Origin: Chiloscyllium plagiosum
Taxonomy: Eukaryota
Direction of reading: 5' to 3'
Assembly: GCF_004010195.1 (NCBI RefSeq)
Contig: NC_057719.1
Location: 19,477,562 to 19,541,561, forward strand
Length of the DNA: 64,000 nt
Below, piece by piece: positions 1 through 11,734 of the stretch (the first letter of the stretch is position 1; each line of letters starts with the position of its first letter). Under the pieces are notes generated by a model. It was not told where the DNA came from. It made no database searches and saw only the letters and a program-made list of their open reading frames with translations. Position numbers and translations under genes: made by a program.

Positions 1-842
1 AGCATGAATCAACAGGGAAGGATGAACTCTTCTGTTCTGTAACAATTTTCTAAGTAGCAATTCAGATTCAAAATAAAGACACACTGGGATTAGCTGCAGA
101 CCATTCCAGAGGTAAGTTGGAAGAAGGCTCTAAATGGGGTTGAAAGGGAGAATTAAGGCCCTTGCTATGGGTGCAAGAAAGCTGTGAATTGTGAAAACCA
201 TAAGACACTTAATTTGCATTGTCATGTGTGAGAGTGGACTTGGGGTGCAGAATTCTGGGAACAAAAAAAAAGTGGTTACTTGCACCCAATTCTGAATCCA
301 TTACTGTATTTACATGAGCGTGATGGAACATTCAATTCTTGAGCACGGTGAAGTGAACAATTTTCAAATCATTTTGTAGGTGTTTTCAGATCTGCTGCAT
401 AATATTCGCTGCTCTGAAATATAGAAACTCATTTCCAAAGATGTTATACGTGAGGAATAAAATGTGTGAATTGTGAAAACTGAAGGGACAGATCAGTTCT
501 TGGAAGGTTAAAGCATGTGATGTCTCTCAATTTAACACTGAGCTGTGCTGACAGGGTGAAGAGTTTATGGACTGGACCAAATAAGGTGCTCAGCATTGTC
601 TAAAAGATGGGCTACTTGACTTCCCACTTTGGTGAATTGGCAGAAATGTTCTTATGCTTCCACACAAAAAGGATGCATTTTCCAGTTCAAGGCTCTTGGA
701 ATGGCAGCTAAACATGTCGGCCAAATCTCAAATAATGGATCTGAGGAGATACTCACGCTGCACTCCCAGTCGAGGCTGAACCCACCAGGAGAAGATTCGA
801 GTAACCAGAGAGAGGAAAACAACAAAGATAGGTAGAACAGTG

Positions 843-1296
843 AGTCATAGAGTCACAGAGTAATAGAAACGTACAGCACGGAAACAGACACTTCAGTCCA
901 CCTTGTCCATGCCGACCAGATGTTCCAACCCAATCTAATCCCACCTGCCAGCACCTGGCCCATATCCCTCCAAACCCTTCCTGTTCATATACCCAACAGG
1001 TGCCTTTTAAATGTTGCAATTGTACTAGCCTCCACCATTTCGTCTGGCAGCTCATTCCAGACACATAACACCCTCTGTGTGAAAAAGTTGCCCCTTAGGT
1101 ATCTTTTATATCTTTCCCCTCTCACCTTAAACCTACTCCCTCTAGTTCTGGACTCTCCCAATCCAGGGAAAAGATACTGTCTATTTATCCTATCCATGTC
1201 CCTCGTGATTTTATAAACCTCTGTAAGCTCACCCCCAAGCCTCTGACACTCCAGGGAAAACAGCCTTAGTTTATTCAACCTTTCCCTATAGCTCAA
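843..1296 (-). mobile_element. HER1/CR1 LINE 3' fragment
   Basis: ORF 985..1296 (SYRERLNKLRLFSLE...FFTQRV..VWNELP..MVEA) is the CR1 ORF2 C-terminus; (CATAGAGT)-type tail at ~843-865. Confidence 0.9.
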
Positions 1297-1365
1297 ATGT
1301 GAGATGTGGAAAGGATGTAAGGAGCCCTCAAAGGGATATGGATAATGTAATATAGACTAGGATAT

Positions 1366-1685
1366 GGGAGGCAATGGTCTAGTGGTATTATTGCTCAGCT
1401 GTTAACCCAGGCGGAGACCCGGGTTCAAATCCTGCCACAGCAGATGGTGGAATTTGAATTAAATTCCTAATGATGACCATGAATCCATTGATGATTATCT
1501 GATCCATCTCGTTCATTAATGCCCTATAGGGAAGGAAATGGCTATCCTTACCTGGTCTGGCTTACATGTGACTCCAGGCCAACAGCATTGTGGTTGACTC
1601 TTAACTAGTGTCTGGGAAATTATGGATAGGCATTAAATACTGGACTCAGCCAGCAACACCCATGTCCTGTGAATGAATGAAAAAT
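1366..1685 (+). mobile_element. tRNA-derived SINE, family B, inserted in an old CR1
   Basis: A-box-like TGGTCTAGTGG and B-box GGTTCAAATCC, conserved middle body, 3' end ...GAATGAATGAAAAA; related copy at 5632-5915. Confidence 0.8.
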
Positions 1686-1689
1686 AAAG

Positions 1690-2445
1690 TAAGTAAGCAA
1701 ATGGGAGTTCAATAGGGGAAGTGTGAAATTGTCTGTTTTGGGGGAAAAGAAGAAACATTATCTAAATGGTGAGAAGTGGAAAAGCTCTGAGGTGTGGAGA
1801 GATTTGAGTGTCCATGTGCATGAATCGCAGAAGGTTAGTCTGCAGGTAACACATGTAATGAGGAAAACTAACAGAATGGTAAGTTTTATTGCAAGGGGAA
1901 TTAAATGCAAAAGGTTATGCTTCAGTCATCCAAGACGTTTGTAGGACTACATCTGGAGTACTGATGTATAGTATGAATTGGACACAACTCAGAGATGGTC
2001 TACTAAGCTAAAACCAGGAATGAATGGATGGCTTTGAGAAGCTCGATCTGTATCTCTGGAGTTTAGAAGAGTTAGAGATGATTTAATTGAAACATATAAA
2101 ATCTTGAGGCGACTTAATAGATGTAGAAAGGTTTTCCTCCTTTGGGACAAACTGGAAATAGGGATCATAGTTTAAAAATAAGAGATCACCCATTTTAGGC
2201 AGTGATGACAAAATTTTTATTTTCTCTCAGAAGGCTGTGATTCTATGGAATTCCCTTCCTCAGAAAAAGCAGTGGATGCAGAATCTTTAAATATCTCTAA
2301 AGCAGAGGTGGATAGATTTTGATTGCCAAGGGGATGAAGGACATGCAGAAATGTAGAATTGCAGTTAAAGTCAGATCTTCCAGGATCTTATTGAATGATG
2401 GAGCAGGTTCAAAGGGCCAAATGGCCTACTTCTGTTCCTCTTCAT
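1690..2445 (+). mobile_element. Old, degraded CR1 LINE 3' part
   Basis: Remnants YLNGEK..RDL.VHVH.S.KV, HLEY, LYSLEFRR, WNSLPQ and a CR1 3' stem-loop; continues the 1305-1365 segment. Confidence 0.75.
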
Positions 2446-2465
2446 CCGTTCATAATATTTTCAAG

Positions 2466-2649
2466 AGCTTATGCTGGAAATCAGTTTAAATCAGAAAATA
2501 ACTATTGTTGGGCAACACAGAAATTACTTTAGAAAGGATCCTGGTCCAGTAGGAATTGCAGCAAACAATGATGTGTATGACCAACTTTCAGAGAAAAATC
2601 TGTCAACTGTCAACTGTTGGTATATACTATCCCCCAAAAGGATTTTGGA
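2466..2649 (+). pseudogene. Possible exon of the decayed + strand gene
   Basis: ttttcaag| acceptor, open frame LMLEISLNQKITIVGQ...PKRIL, |gtaagg donor; weak polypyrimidine tract. Confidence 0.25.
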
Positions 2650-3376
2650 GTAAGGGAGGATAAAATGGTTACTATTCTGACAAGATAAAGCTGGCCAACT
2701 TTGTGATATGACAATCAATCACAAAGTCTTTTTTTATTTATTCACATTGGTCGCTAGATCAGCATTTATTGCCCTCCCCCTTCATTGCTCGAGGGCAGAT
2801 AAGAGTCACCTACACCGCTGTGGGTCTGGAGTCACAGTCCAGGTAAAGATGGCAGATCTTCTTCCCTCGAGGATAATAGTGAACCAGATCGGTTTTTCCT
2901 TCCAATTTGCAATGTTTACAAGGTTACCATTAGACTCTTAATTACACTTTGTTATTGAATTAAAATTCCATGGCAAGTTTTGAACCCTCGTCTTTAGAAC
3001 GTTACCTACTACACTATAAGTACCAGCTTTAGGTGGCACATGCACACAGATACAGTGTGGTAGTGGAATGGCAGCTGCCAGGAAAAAAGATAGTACTACC
3101 CCTATAATCACAGTCCCGGGCAGTATCAAACTCCTGATAATCAGTACACTGAAATCAACTTTTCACCTTCTGTTGCAAAAATCGGTAAAAGCATTTTGAA
3201 CTGTGAAAGATAAGAAATATTACTGAGAATCTTTCCCTTGTCCCAATTATTGCAAATACTGACTGGAAAGGGGCTGGCTTCACACCACGGGATGTTCTTC
3301 AGTGTGTGACTTCCTGCCAGATTAATATGTATCTGCAGCCTGTATCACTGGGTACTCCAGGCTTTCTTTTTAACAG

Positions 3377-3560
3377 AAGGAAAACCTGTCACAGCAAGCA
3401 GACAGTCCATGGCATCCGCAAATGTGCAAGCACATGCTGGCAAAAAACCTGAGTCGTGGTAAAGACTGGGCTGCACATGCACTAAGTGGCCACTTGGCAT
3501 TTGGAAACTCCAATACAGAGTATCAGATAGCTGAGCTGAATATGCAAATACTCAGAAAGC
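3377..3560 (+). pseudogene. Candidate exon (open frame), unidentified protein
   Basis: ctttctttttaacag| acceptor and |gtatgt donor; 184 nt open: KENLSQQADSPWHPQMCKHMLAKNLSRGKDWAAHALSGHLAFGNSNTEYQIAELNMQILRK. Confidence 0.5.
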
Positions 3561-4189
3561 GTATGTTTCTTTGCCAAAACATAGAAGTTACTGGAAAACC
3601 TCAGCAGGTCCGGCAGCATCTGTGGAGAGAAATCAGAGTTAACGTTTCACGTTGAATGACCCTTTTTTTATGTTTCTTTGTGCCTTGTTATCACGAGGCT
3701 TAGCTGAGTATTCATGAAGTGACCACCCAGAGATCTAGTCATTTCACCTCACCAAATGGGAACTGGGGGAGTGTGGGGAAGAACATTATGTAATTGCTAG
3801 GATCAGTTCCAGAGAGTCCAAAAAACATAGTGTCTGCAGGGTCAGGAACCATGCAGCATGTTCACAAAGCATTGCAGAGTTAGATATTTGGTAGAGCTTT
3901 CTGTACTAGTAGATGAGTGGTAAGAGATGCACAGTTGTTGGTTGATGATATGTTTCTCCTTCTGAGCATTATGCCCATACAGAAGGGACTGTTCATGCCC
4001 TGGATGGAGGTAGTGGTTATTATTTGATGTTTTCATCAGTGAGATCCCAACATATTATTGCTGATAGAAACAATTTTGTAGGGTCATCTTCCAGTGAGCT
4101 TTTTTTGACTGCTTGTGGCTGGAGGAATATTTTGCCTTCACCTACACTGCGTTTGTGCCTCTTTAGATGGCAAAGAAGTTGAATATGTG

Positions 4190-4379
4190 TCCGAAAGTGT
4201 GTGCTGGAAAAGTACAGCAAGTCAGGCAGCATCCGAGGAGCAAGAGAGTTGACGTTCCTGATGAAGGTCTTATGCCCGAAACATCGACCCTCCTGGTCCT
4301 CAGATGCTGCCTGACCTGCTGTGCTTTTCCAGCTCCACACGTTTCAACTCTGATCTCCCGCATCTGCAGTCCTCCGAAT
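4190..4379 (+). mobile_element. Penelope-like palindromic mini-element with hammerhead motif
   Basis: Inverted arms GCTGGAAAAG..CAGGCAGCATC / GATGCTGCCTGACC..TTTTCCAGC; CTGATGA at 4258 with GAAAC; TSD GTTGAATATGTG at 4178-4189 and 4380-4391. Confidence 0.8.
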
Positions 4380-4922
4380 GTTGAATATGTGGCTGACTGT
4401 GAAGATCCTGAGCATGCCAATGATCTGTTGCATCAAGACTTAGATAGTGTATGCAACAATATTCCTGTACAACAATGCGTGATTATATTCTTTTAACACC
4501 AATATCTTGTTAAACTTGAAAAGCCAGGCTTGATGCAAATAGATAAGAACAGTTAAAATGGGGAATTCTAAGCTGCAGAACAGACGTCATATGTTCATTT
4601 AAGATGGAATGTTTGATCATTATTGTCTTCAAAGAACCAACAGGAGAATGGGACTACACTTGAAGCTCATAGACATAACACTATTGTATTCTTTATGGGA
4701 ATCAGGATTATAGCATACAGTCATTACAACTCCCTTTTCAAGCTCTTAAAGCTTAAAACATGACAAATTGTTACAATTCTCACTTGGACCTCAATCTTTC
4801 CCACTGCTGTGGATTCCTAGTATCAAAGAGAAAGTGGGTGAGTTCAACGGTGTTTGCAGATGCTGCTGAGGCTGCATCTTTTCTGAGAACACAGATGAGT
4901 AGAGTGACAGAGCTGTGCTGAC

Positions 4923-5552
4923 TATTATGGGCCAGGCTAGACCCCCTCAAAACATTTTAAGAAAGTGGCCAAGATCCTAACTTTCCTATTTGTTTTAAGC
5001 AGGTGTAAAGTGGATGCTCCAGGAGAGATGTCGCTGGTCAAACCTCTTAGTTTTAAACAAAACAGTATTTCTTTACAAGATTAAGGAATGAAACACAAAC
5101 AAAATATAGAATAACTTAACCTATCTAAAAACCCAACAGATCATGCCAACTTAATGATGTTGTTCCCAATACTCGCAACAATCCCGATAAACACCCCTTG
5201 GCACAAAAAGTAAAATCAAACACAGGGTCTTACAAGAGAGAAGTCAAAGAGGGAGAATCAGAATGGACCAGTTTCTTTGGATCCAGCCGTTTCTCAACAC
5301 TACTGCTAAAAACCAAACCAAACCAGAGAAATGATGAGCTGGGAGAATTGGCTACCCCCTTTTCATTGTACACATTTTTTTTTCTTTTCAAAGACTTGAA
5401 AGCCTGTTGCCTGAGGCAGTATCTATTAGCTGTAGTCAAACTGACCCCAAAAACCCTTCAACTTAGACTTTTTGGAGTTTGCCTGTTTTATGACTTCTCT
5501 TAAAAAAAAGGCAAGGACAACATAACCTTGTTAAAGGAGCAGCATCTTAAAA
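4923..5552. mobile_element. Solo LTR-like insertion
   Basis: Flanked by 5-bp direct repeat CTGAC (4918-4922, 5553-5557); termini TATTAT...TTAAAA read as degenerate TG...CA; no coding capacity. Confidence 0.6.
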
Positions 5553-5631
5553 CTGACAAACACTGGAGAAAGGGAGTGATAAAATTAACAGTAGAGGAGA
5601 GGATAGAGGACATCACACAGGGGAGCAAAGC

Positions 5632-5915
5632 ATAAGTGGTGTAATACCATTGAATGAGTAATCCAGCATCCAAGGTTAATGTTCTGGGGATCAGGGCAAA
5701 TGGTAAAATATCAATTCAATGTAAAGTTGGCTTATTATCAGCCTTGAAACCAATATCAATGGTCATAAAAACTCATCTGGTTCACTAATGTGGGAAAGAA
5801 ATCTGCCGTCCTTACCTGGGCTGGCTGAAATGTGACTGCAGACTCTCAGCAGTGCGGTTGACTCTAAATTGCCATCTGGGAAATTAGGCTGAGCAATACT
5901 CACCTAATCAGTAAT
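5632..5915 (+). mobile_element. SINE family B, degraded copy
   Basis: Shares CATCTGGTTCACTAATG..GAAATCTGCCGTCCTTACCTGG..GGTTGACTCT with 1366-1685. Confidence 0.7.
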
Positions 5916-6230
5916 AAAGACAGAAATTGCTGGAATATTTCAACTAGTCTGGTGGCATCAGTGGAGAGAAATCAGTGGAAATGTTTCAGGTGCAGTGATT
6001 ATTTTTCAGAACTGATAATAGCTAGGAAAAAGTCATTTTTTAATGCAGAGAATAGGGTGGGGAAAGGGAGTAAGGAGTAAATAATAGGTTGAGAAAAAGC
6101 CCAAAGAGAGAAAAGAAGGAGAAGATCAGTTGGACAGACAAAGGAATGGATAATGGTCAGTCCAGGAGAATGAATGGCTGCTAATGGGGACTGTTAGTGG
6201 CTAACAACAGGTAATGTAATAGCAGAGTAT
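5915..6230 (-). mobile_element. Penelope-like terminal fragment, degraded
   Basis: Reverse-complement similarity to the PLE 3' region at 49190-49485. Confidence 0.55.
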
Positions 6231-6358
6231 TTTCAAAGTGTAAGGTAAAACAAACCCTTCTCGTCCTCTCCCACTGTTTATTCATCAGGCACAATAAAAT
6301 AGCATTTGCCTTTAGAAAGGCTGCAATTCTAACAAAAAGGATAAGGACAGAATGGTTA

Positions 6359-6593
6359 TGAAATATCTCCATAGGGGTTGGTATCCATCACCAAGTCACC
6401 CTTTATTTACACATGGAGAGTCCTTGACACTGATCTAGCTTCTGCAGAGCCAGCTCTCAGAGTGAACAGAATCTCTGGCACTCCTGTTTATATCTGTCAG
6501 CCAGGACTTCCTGATCAGACCAGGCTAACAGCCCCAATCAGGGAACTCATATTCTATGAGGTCCACCTGGCTGACCTTGTTACAATCTCTACA
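6359..6593 (-). repeat. 3' LTR of the Gypsy element
   Basis: TGAAATA...CTACA, colinear with 12940-13162; followed by TCCGTTCCCCCTCT (PPT on the - strand). Confidence 0.9.
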
Positions 6594-7223
6594 TCCGTTC
6601 CCCCTCTGAGTATGAGGACATAGGCCAGTTCTTTTTGTTTTATAGCTCTTCCTGGAGTGTTTAGCACTGGGTCAGGTTCCTCCAGCTCTGCCTCTGATAC
6701 AGTTGGTATGTAACACACATTAGCTTGTCTCTCATACCCAGAGCATCTCAGAAGAAGTTCATTCTCCTCTTCAGGCAGTAAAGGCTTCGAGGTGGTGACA
6801 TCCACCATGTCCATCTCAGATTCCAAAGGATCCTCAACGCTTAATGGAGAGGGAGAATCCATGGGTTCCAGAACAATCAGAAAGGTTGTCATGGAGCTGG
6901 GCATGTTTTGCTCCCACATCTCTCACAAGTTTGCAGCTTTTATATCATCCATGTGTTTATTCAGGGCCATTGCACCTCCCCGAACGTTATATATCACTGG
7001 ACTTAACCTAGTGTCAACCATGCCTCTTACCCATTCAGGGCCAGTCCTATGGTTCCTACAACAAACTTCACTCCCTGGAGTAAACTATCTCTCTAATGTA
7101 AGTGGATCTTGTGCCTGGCATTGGCATTTCTGATGCCGTTTCACCCTTCCCTCCCCACCAGGTCTGGCAAGATCAGACATACCCTGTTGTGGAGTCTTCT
7201 CCTCATTGGTAACTCTGCTGGAG

Positions 7224-7883
7224 CTATCCCTGTAATTGCATGAGGGGTGGTCCTATAATCAAATTGGAACTGGGATGTTTGGTATCGATTGAAACTATAG
7301 ACTGTTTCTTTATGCCTGTCTTCAAAGTTTGGACTGACCTTTTTGCCAGACCAATGCATGATGGACGGGTTGGAGCTGTCCTTGTATGATGAATACAATT
7401 CAACTTTAAGAAATACTCAAATTCCCTGCTGGTAAACAATGGCCTGTTATCTGTGACCAACACTTCCTCGAGTCCGTGTATTGCAAAAGATGTGCACAAT
7501 TTTTCTATCATCGTCCCCGTGTTTGACAAGTGAATTCTGTGAATGTCCAACCATTTTGAGTGGGCATCCACAATGACTAAGGACATTGAGCACATGAAAG
7601 GACCTGCATTGTCAATGTGTAACTGAGTCCAGGGTTTACCCAGCCATTCCTGCAAATTTGGGGCAGCTGTTGGTGGTAATATGTGTCCTTGTTGGCACGC
7701 TGGGCACTGCCCCACCAATGCGGCTATGTCTGCATCCAATCCTGGCCACCAGACATAACATCTTGCCAACATATTCATTTTGGAAACCCCTGGATGACCC
7801 TCCTGGAGTTCAGCCAGTATCTGGCAATGACCTTTGCTCAGGACAATCACTCTTGCTCCCCATAATAATATGCCGTCCTTCAC
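7224..7883 (-). pseudogene. pol: Gypsy integrase fragment
   Basis: GHPG...CPAC zinc-binding region, HIDNAGPF, VTDNRP and GLAKR (degenerate D-D-E core). Confidence 0.9.
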
Positions 7884-8271
7884 TGTGATCAGGGTTCTCC
7901 AAGTTCAAAATTCTGGTTGTGACTGGTTGTGACGGCACTTTAGTTTCCCCCATCACAATCAGCTGTTTCAGTTTTGCCAGGACTGGTTCTTTCTGAATCC
8001 CAAGTCTGATATTGTCACCTGTGACTGGAAGTATATCCATAAAATTTAAAACCATTACTAACTCATCCAGTGGTGGTACCACCAGTTGTGTATCTGCCAG
8101 TGGAAGGTGGCTCAATGTATCTGAATTTGCTACTTGGCCTCCCAGATGGTGTTTCAACCTATAATTTTCCACACTTAGAATTAGGACCCACTACTGAATT
8201 TGGCCTGAAGCTATGGGCAGCCTGCATTGTCCTATTTGAGCGGACCTAGCAGGGATTTGTGTACAATTTCC

Positions 8272-9747
8272 ATAAGACCATAAGACAAAGAAGCGGAGTA
8301 AGGCCATTCGGCCCATCGAGTCCACTCCGCCATTCAATCATGGCTGATGGGCATTTCAACTCCACTTACCCGCATTCTCCCCGTAGCCCTTAATTCCTTG
8401 TGACATCAAGAATTTATCAATTTCTGCCTTGAAGACATTTAGCGTCCCAGCCTCCACTGCACTCTGTGGCAATGAATTCCACAGGCCCAACACTCTCTGG
8501 CTGAAGAAATGTCTCCGCATTTCTGTTCTGAATTTACCCCCTCTAATTCTACAGCTGTCTCCACAGGTCCTAGTCTCCTCGCCTAACGGAAACACTTTCC
8601 TAGCGTCCGCCCTCTCCAAGCCATGTATTATCTTGTAAGTTTCTATTAGATCTCCCCTTAATCTTCTAAACTCCAATGAATACAATCCCAGGATCCTCAG
8701 CCGTTCCTCATATGTTAGATCTACCATTCCAGGGATCATCCATGTGAATCTCCGCTGGACACGCTCCAGTGCCAGTATGTCCTTCCTGAGGTGTGGGGAC
8801 CAAAACTGGACACAGTACTCAAAATGGGGCCTAACCAGAGCTTTATAAAGTCTCAGTAGCACAACAGTGCTTTTATATTCCAACCCCCTTGAGATACCAT
8901 CAACTACCATCTTCTGTTCTCTATGGGCCAGCTAACTTTGTATCCAAACAGCCAAATTTCCTTGTATCCTATCTCTCAGTACTTTCTGAATGAGCCTACC
9001 ATGGGAACCTTATTAAACGCCTTTCTTAAATCCATATGCACCACATCCACTGCTCTAACTTTCATCAATGTATTTTGTCACACCCTCAAAGAATTCAGTA
9101 AGGCTTGTGAGGCATGACTTGCCCCTCATAAAGTCTTGCAGACTATCTGTCAGCAAACTATGTTTTTCCAAATAATCATAAATCCTTGTCTCTCGGAATC
9201 CTCTCCAATATTTTGCCCACCACTGACGTAAGACTGATTGGTCTGTAATTCCCAGGGTTATCCCTACTCCCTTTCTTGAACAAGGGAATAGCATTTATCA
9301 CACTCCAAAATAATCTGGTACTACTCCAGTGGACAGTGAGATCATTACCAAAGGCGCAACAAGCTCTTCCCTTGCTTCCTGTAGTAACTAAGGGTATAAA
9401 ACCTCATTCTTAATGATGGATTCTAGAATTTTACCAACAACTGAGTTTAGGCTAATTGGCCTATAATTTTCCATCTTTTGTCTTGATCCTTTCTTGAACA
9501 AGGGGGTTACAACGCGATCTTCCAATCATCTGGGACTTTCCCTGACTCCAGTGACTTTTGAAAGATCTCAACCAATGCCTCCGCTATTTCCTCAGCCACC
9601 TCCCTCAGAACTCTAGGATGTAGCCAATCGGGGCCAGGAGATTCATCAATTTTAAGACCTTTTAGCTTTTCTAGCACTTTCTCTTTTGTAATGGCAACCA
9701 TACTCAACTCAGCCCCCTGACTCCCTTTAATTGTTGGGATATTACTA
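8272..9747 (-). mobile_element. CR1 LINE (mosaic, 5'-truncated) nested in Gypsy pol
   Basis: (CATAAGAC) tail at 8272; ORF 8356..8910 LYKALVRPHFEYCVQFWSP; ORF 9507..9707 KLKGLKIDESPGPD. Confidence 0.9.
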
Positions 9748-9749
9748 TC

Positions 9750-11290
9750 GTTGTAATTTCATTACAAATTTACACCCATAAAATTGTTGTTGGAATTTTC
9801 TGACTCCAAATGACCGCCAAACCTTCCTTTTCTATCAGGCTATATTTGCGCTCCACATTTGCCAAAGTCCTGGATGCATCCAGTATTGGGTGATCCTCTC
9901 CACTGGGTCACCTGTGAGCTAATACTGCCCCGATATCATGTGGGGAAGCATCGTATGTCAATTCCAAATCTCACTTGGGATCATAGTGTGCTAACACCTT
10001 AGAGGATGATAGCTGTTTCTTCACTTCACTGAAGACTATGTCTTGGCGATGTGAACAATTCCAAGGCTGACCCTTTTTTAAGAGTTGATGCAAAAGTGCC
10101 AAGTTATGTATGAACTTTCCATAGTAGTTCCCCATAGAGCCCAAGGAAAGACCTAAGCTTAGGTACTGACGTGGGAGCCTGGGCAACTTTGATCACCCTC
10201 ACTTTATCTTCAGTGCCTGTAACCCAGTCAGTCAACTCAAGTAGACACTTGGGGTGCCTGGAACACACATTTTTCCCTTCTAAGACAAATGCTTGCCTGG
10301 GAAAAATGCTTTGCTCACCTGGGAAAAATGTTTAAGAACTATGTTCAAGTTCTCTAAGTGCTCCACATTGGTCTTCCCTGTTATTAGCTCATCATTTGGA
10401 TAAATGGCAACTTGGGGTAAACCTTGTAAAATGTTCTCTATTTTCCACTGAAAATTTTCAGAAGCTGATGATACCCCAAATGGCAGTCTTGTATTTTGGT
10501 ACAAACCCTTATGGGTGTTAATTGTAGCTACTCCTGGCATTCTTTATCTAATCACAGTTGCAAGTACACATGGCTCTTGTCCAGCTTTGTGAAGGACAGC
10601 CCCCCTGCCAGCTTTGTATATAAATCCTGTGTGTGAGGGATTGGGTATTTATCCAGCTGTGAAAAGCAGTTTACCATTTGTTTAAAATCCTCCCAAGTAG
10701 CAAATCCTCACAAATGCGAACTAACCCTGTTGGGCTTCACAATCAGTAGGATGAGTGCTGTCCATTCTGCAAACTGGAACTGGTTTGATGAATCGTTGGC
10801 TTTCAATTCTTCAGCCTGTACTTTTGCCCATAAGGCAAATGGCCTGGGTGGGTCTTGCAGAATGGTGGAATTACTTTCTGGTCAACATGCAAGGTTGCCT
10901 TAACTCCTTTAATTATCCTTGGACCTTCCTGAAAACCTTCTGGGATTGAATTAGGACTTCATTCAGGCAGTCATTTTCTAATCGAAAAATGTTGAACCAA
11001 TCAAGGTGAATCTTTCTCAACCAATTTTACCTCATCAGGCTTGGGCCTGAGCCTTTTACTATAACCAGTAGTAACAGAACTGTTTCACATAAAAGGCCAG
11101 AACTGAGTTATACCCTAAATCTGTAAAGGTTCCCTGGAATAGGTTCTCAGTGTAGCAGTCTTGTGCAAACTTAAGAATTGGAGTCCAGAGTGAATTTTGT
11201 TAAAGACTGGTTCTGCAACCACTGAAACAACCAGGCTGGTATCGACCTCCATTAAAACTGGATGACCATTTAACCAAGCATTTATTTAGA
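9750..11290 (-). pseudogene. pol: Gypsy protease / RT / RNase H remnants
   Basis: MEVDT protease motif at ~11238-11252; TINTHKGLYQ..RLPFGVSSA..FQ and IYPND (YxDD decayed); VKKQLSSSKVLAHYDP. Confidence 0.85.
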
Positions 11291-11363
11291 TGGTTCCCAA
11301 CCAGATGTAAGTGAACTTTCCAGGATGTGTACTCATCTGAATACTGGTCTATAAATTGTATTA

Positions 11364-11664
11364 GATATGGAAATGTGTTGCTGGAAAAGCGCAGCAGGTC
11401 AGGCAGCATCTAGGGAACAGGAGAATCGACGTTTCGGGCATTAGCCCTTCTTCAGGAATGAGGAAAGTTGGTCCAGCAGGCTAAGATAAAAGATAGGGAA
11501 TATGGAATATCTTAGCCTGCTGGACCAACTTTCCTCATTCCTGAAGAAGGGCTAATGCCCGAAACGTCGATTCTCCTGTTCCCTAGATGCTGCCTGACCT
11601 GCTGCGCTTTTCCAGCAACACATTTCCATCTCTGATCTCCAGCATCTGCAGACCTCACTTTCTC
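11364..11664 (+). mobile_element. Penelope-like palindromic mini-element nested in Gypsy
   Basis: ~120-nt inverted arms; 15-bp TSD CTATAAATTGTATTA at 11349-11363 and 11665-11679. Confidence 0.88.
11538..11571 (+). ncRNA. Minimal hammerhead ribozyme motif (PLE family a); mirror copy at ~11425-11458 (-)
   Basis: CTGAAGA-A-GGGC-TAAT-GCCC-GAAAC-GTC: core boxes and stem II intact; stem I only ~2 bp. Confidence 0.6.
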
Positions 11665-11734
11665 CTATAAATTGTATTACTCAATTTAAGTCAAGTCAGA
11701 CTCTTTTGCTATCCTAATAGCACCCTCAGGCAAC

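Noticed and set aside
66..831. Exon-like segments 66-111, 390-449 and 686-831
   Set aside because: Plausible splice sites, but frames and phases do not chain unambiguously; could belong to the decayed gene but are unsupported alone.
6554..6919. Acidic 121-aa ORF before the 3' LTR as a possible env or accessory gene
   Set aside because: Position and low-complexity composition fit the frameshifted integrase C-terminal tail; no signal peptide or TM segment.
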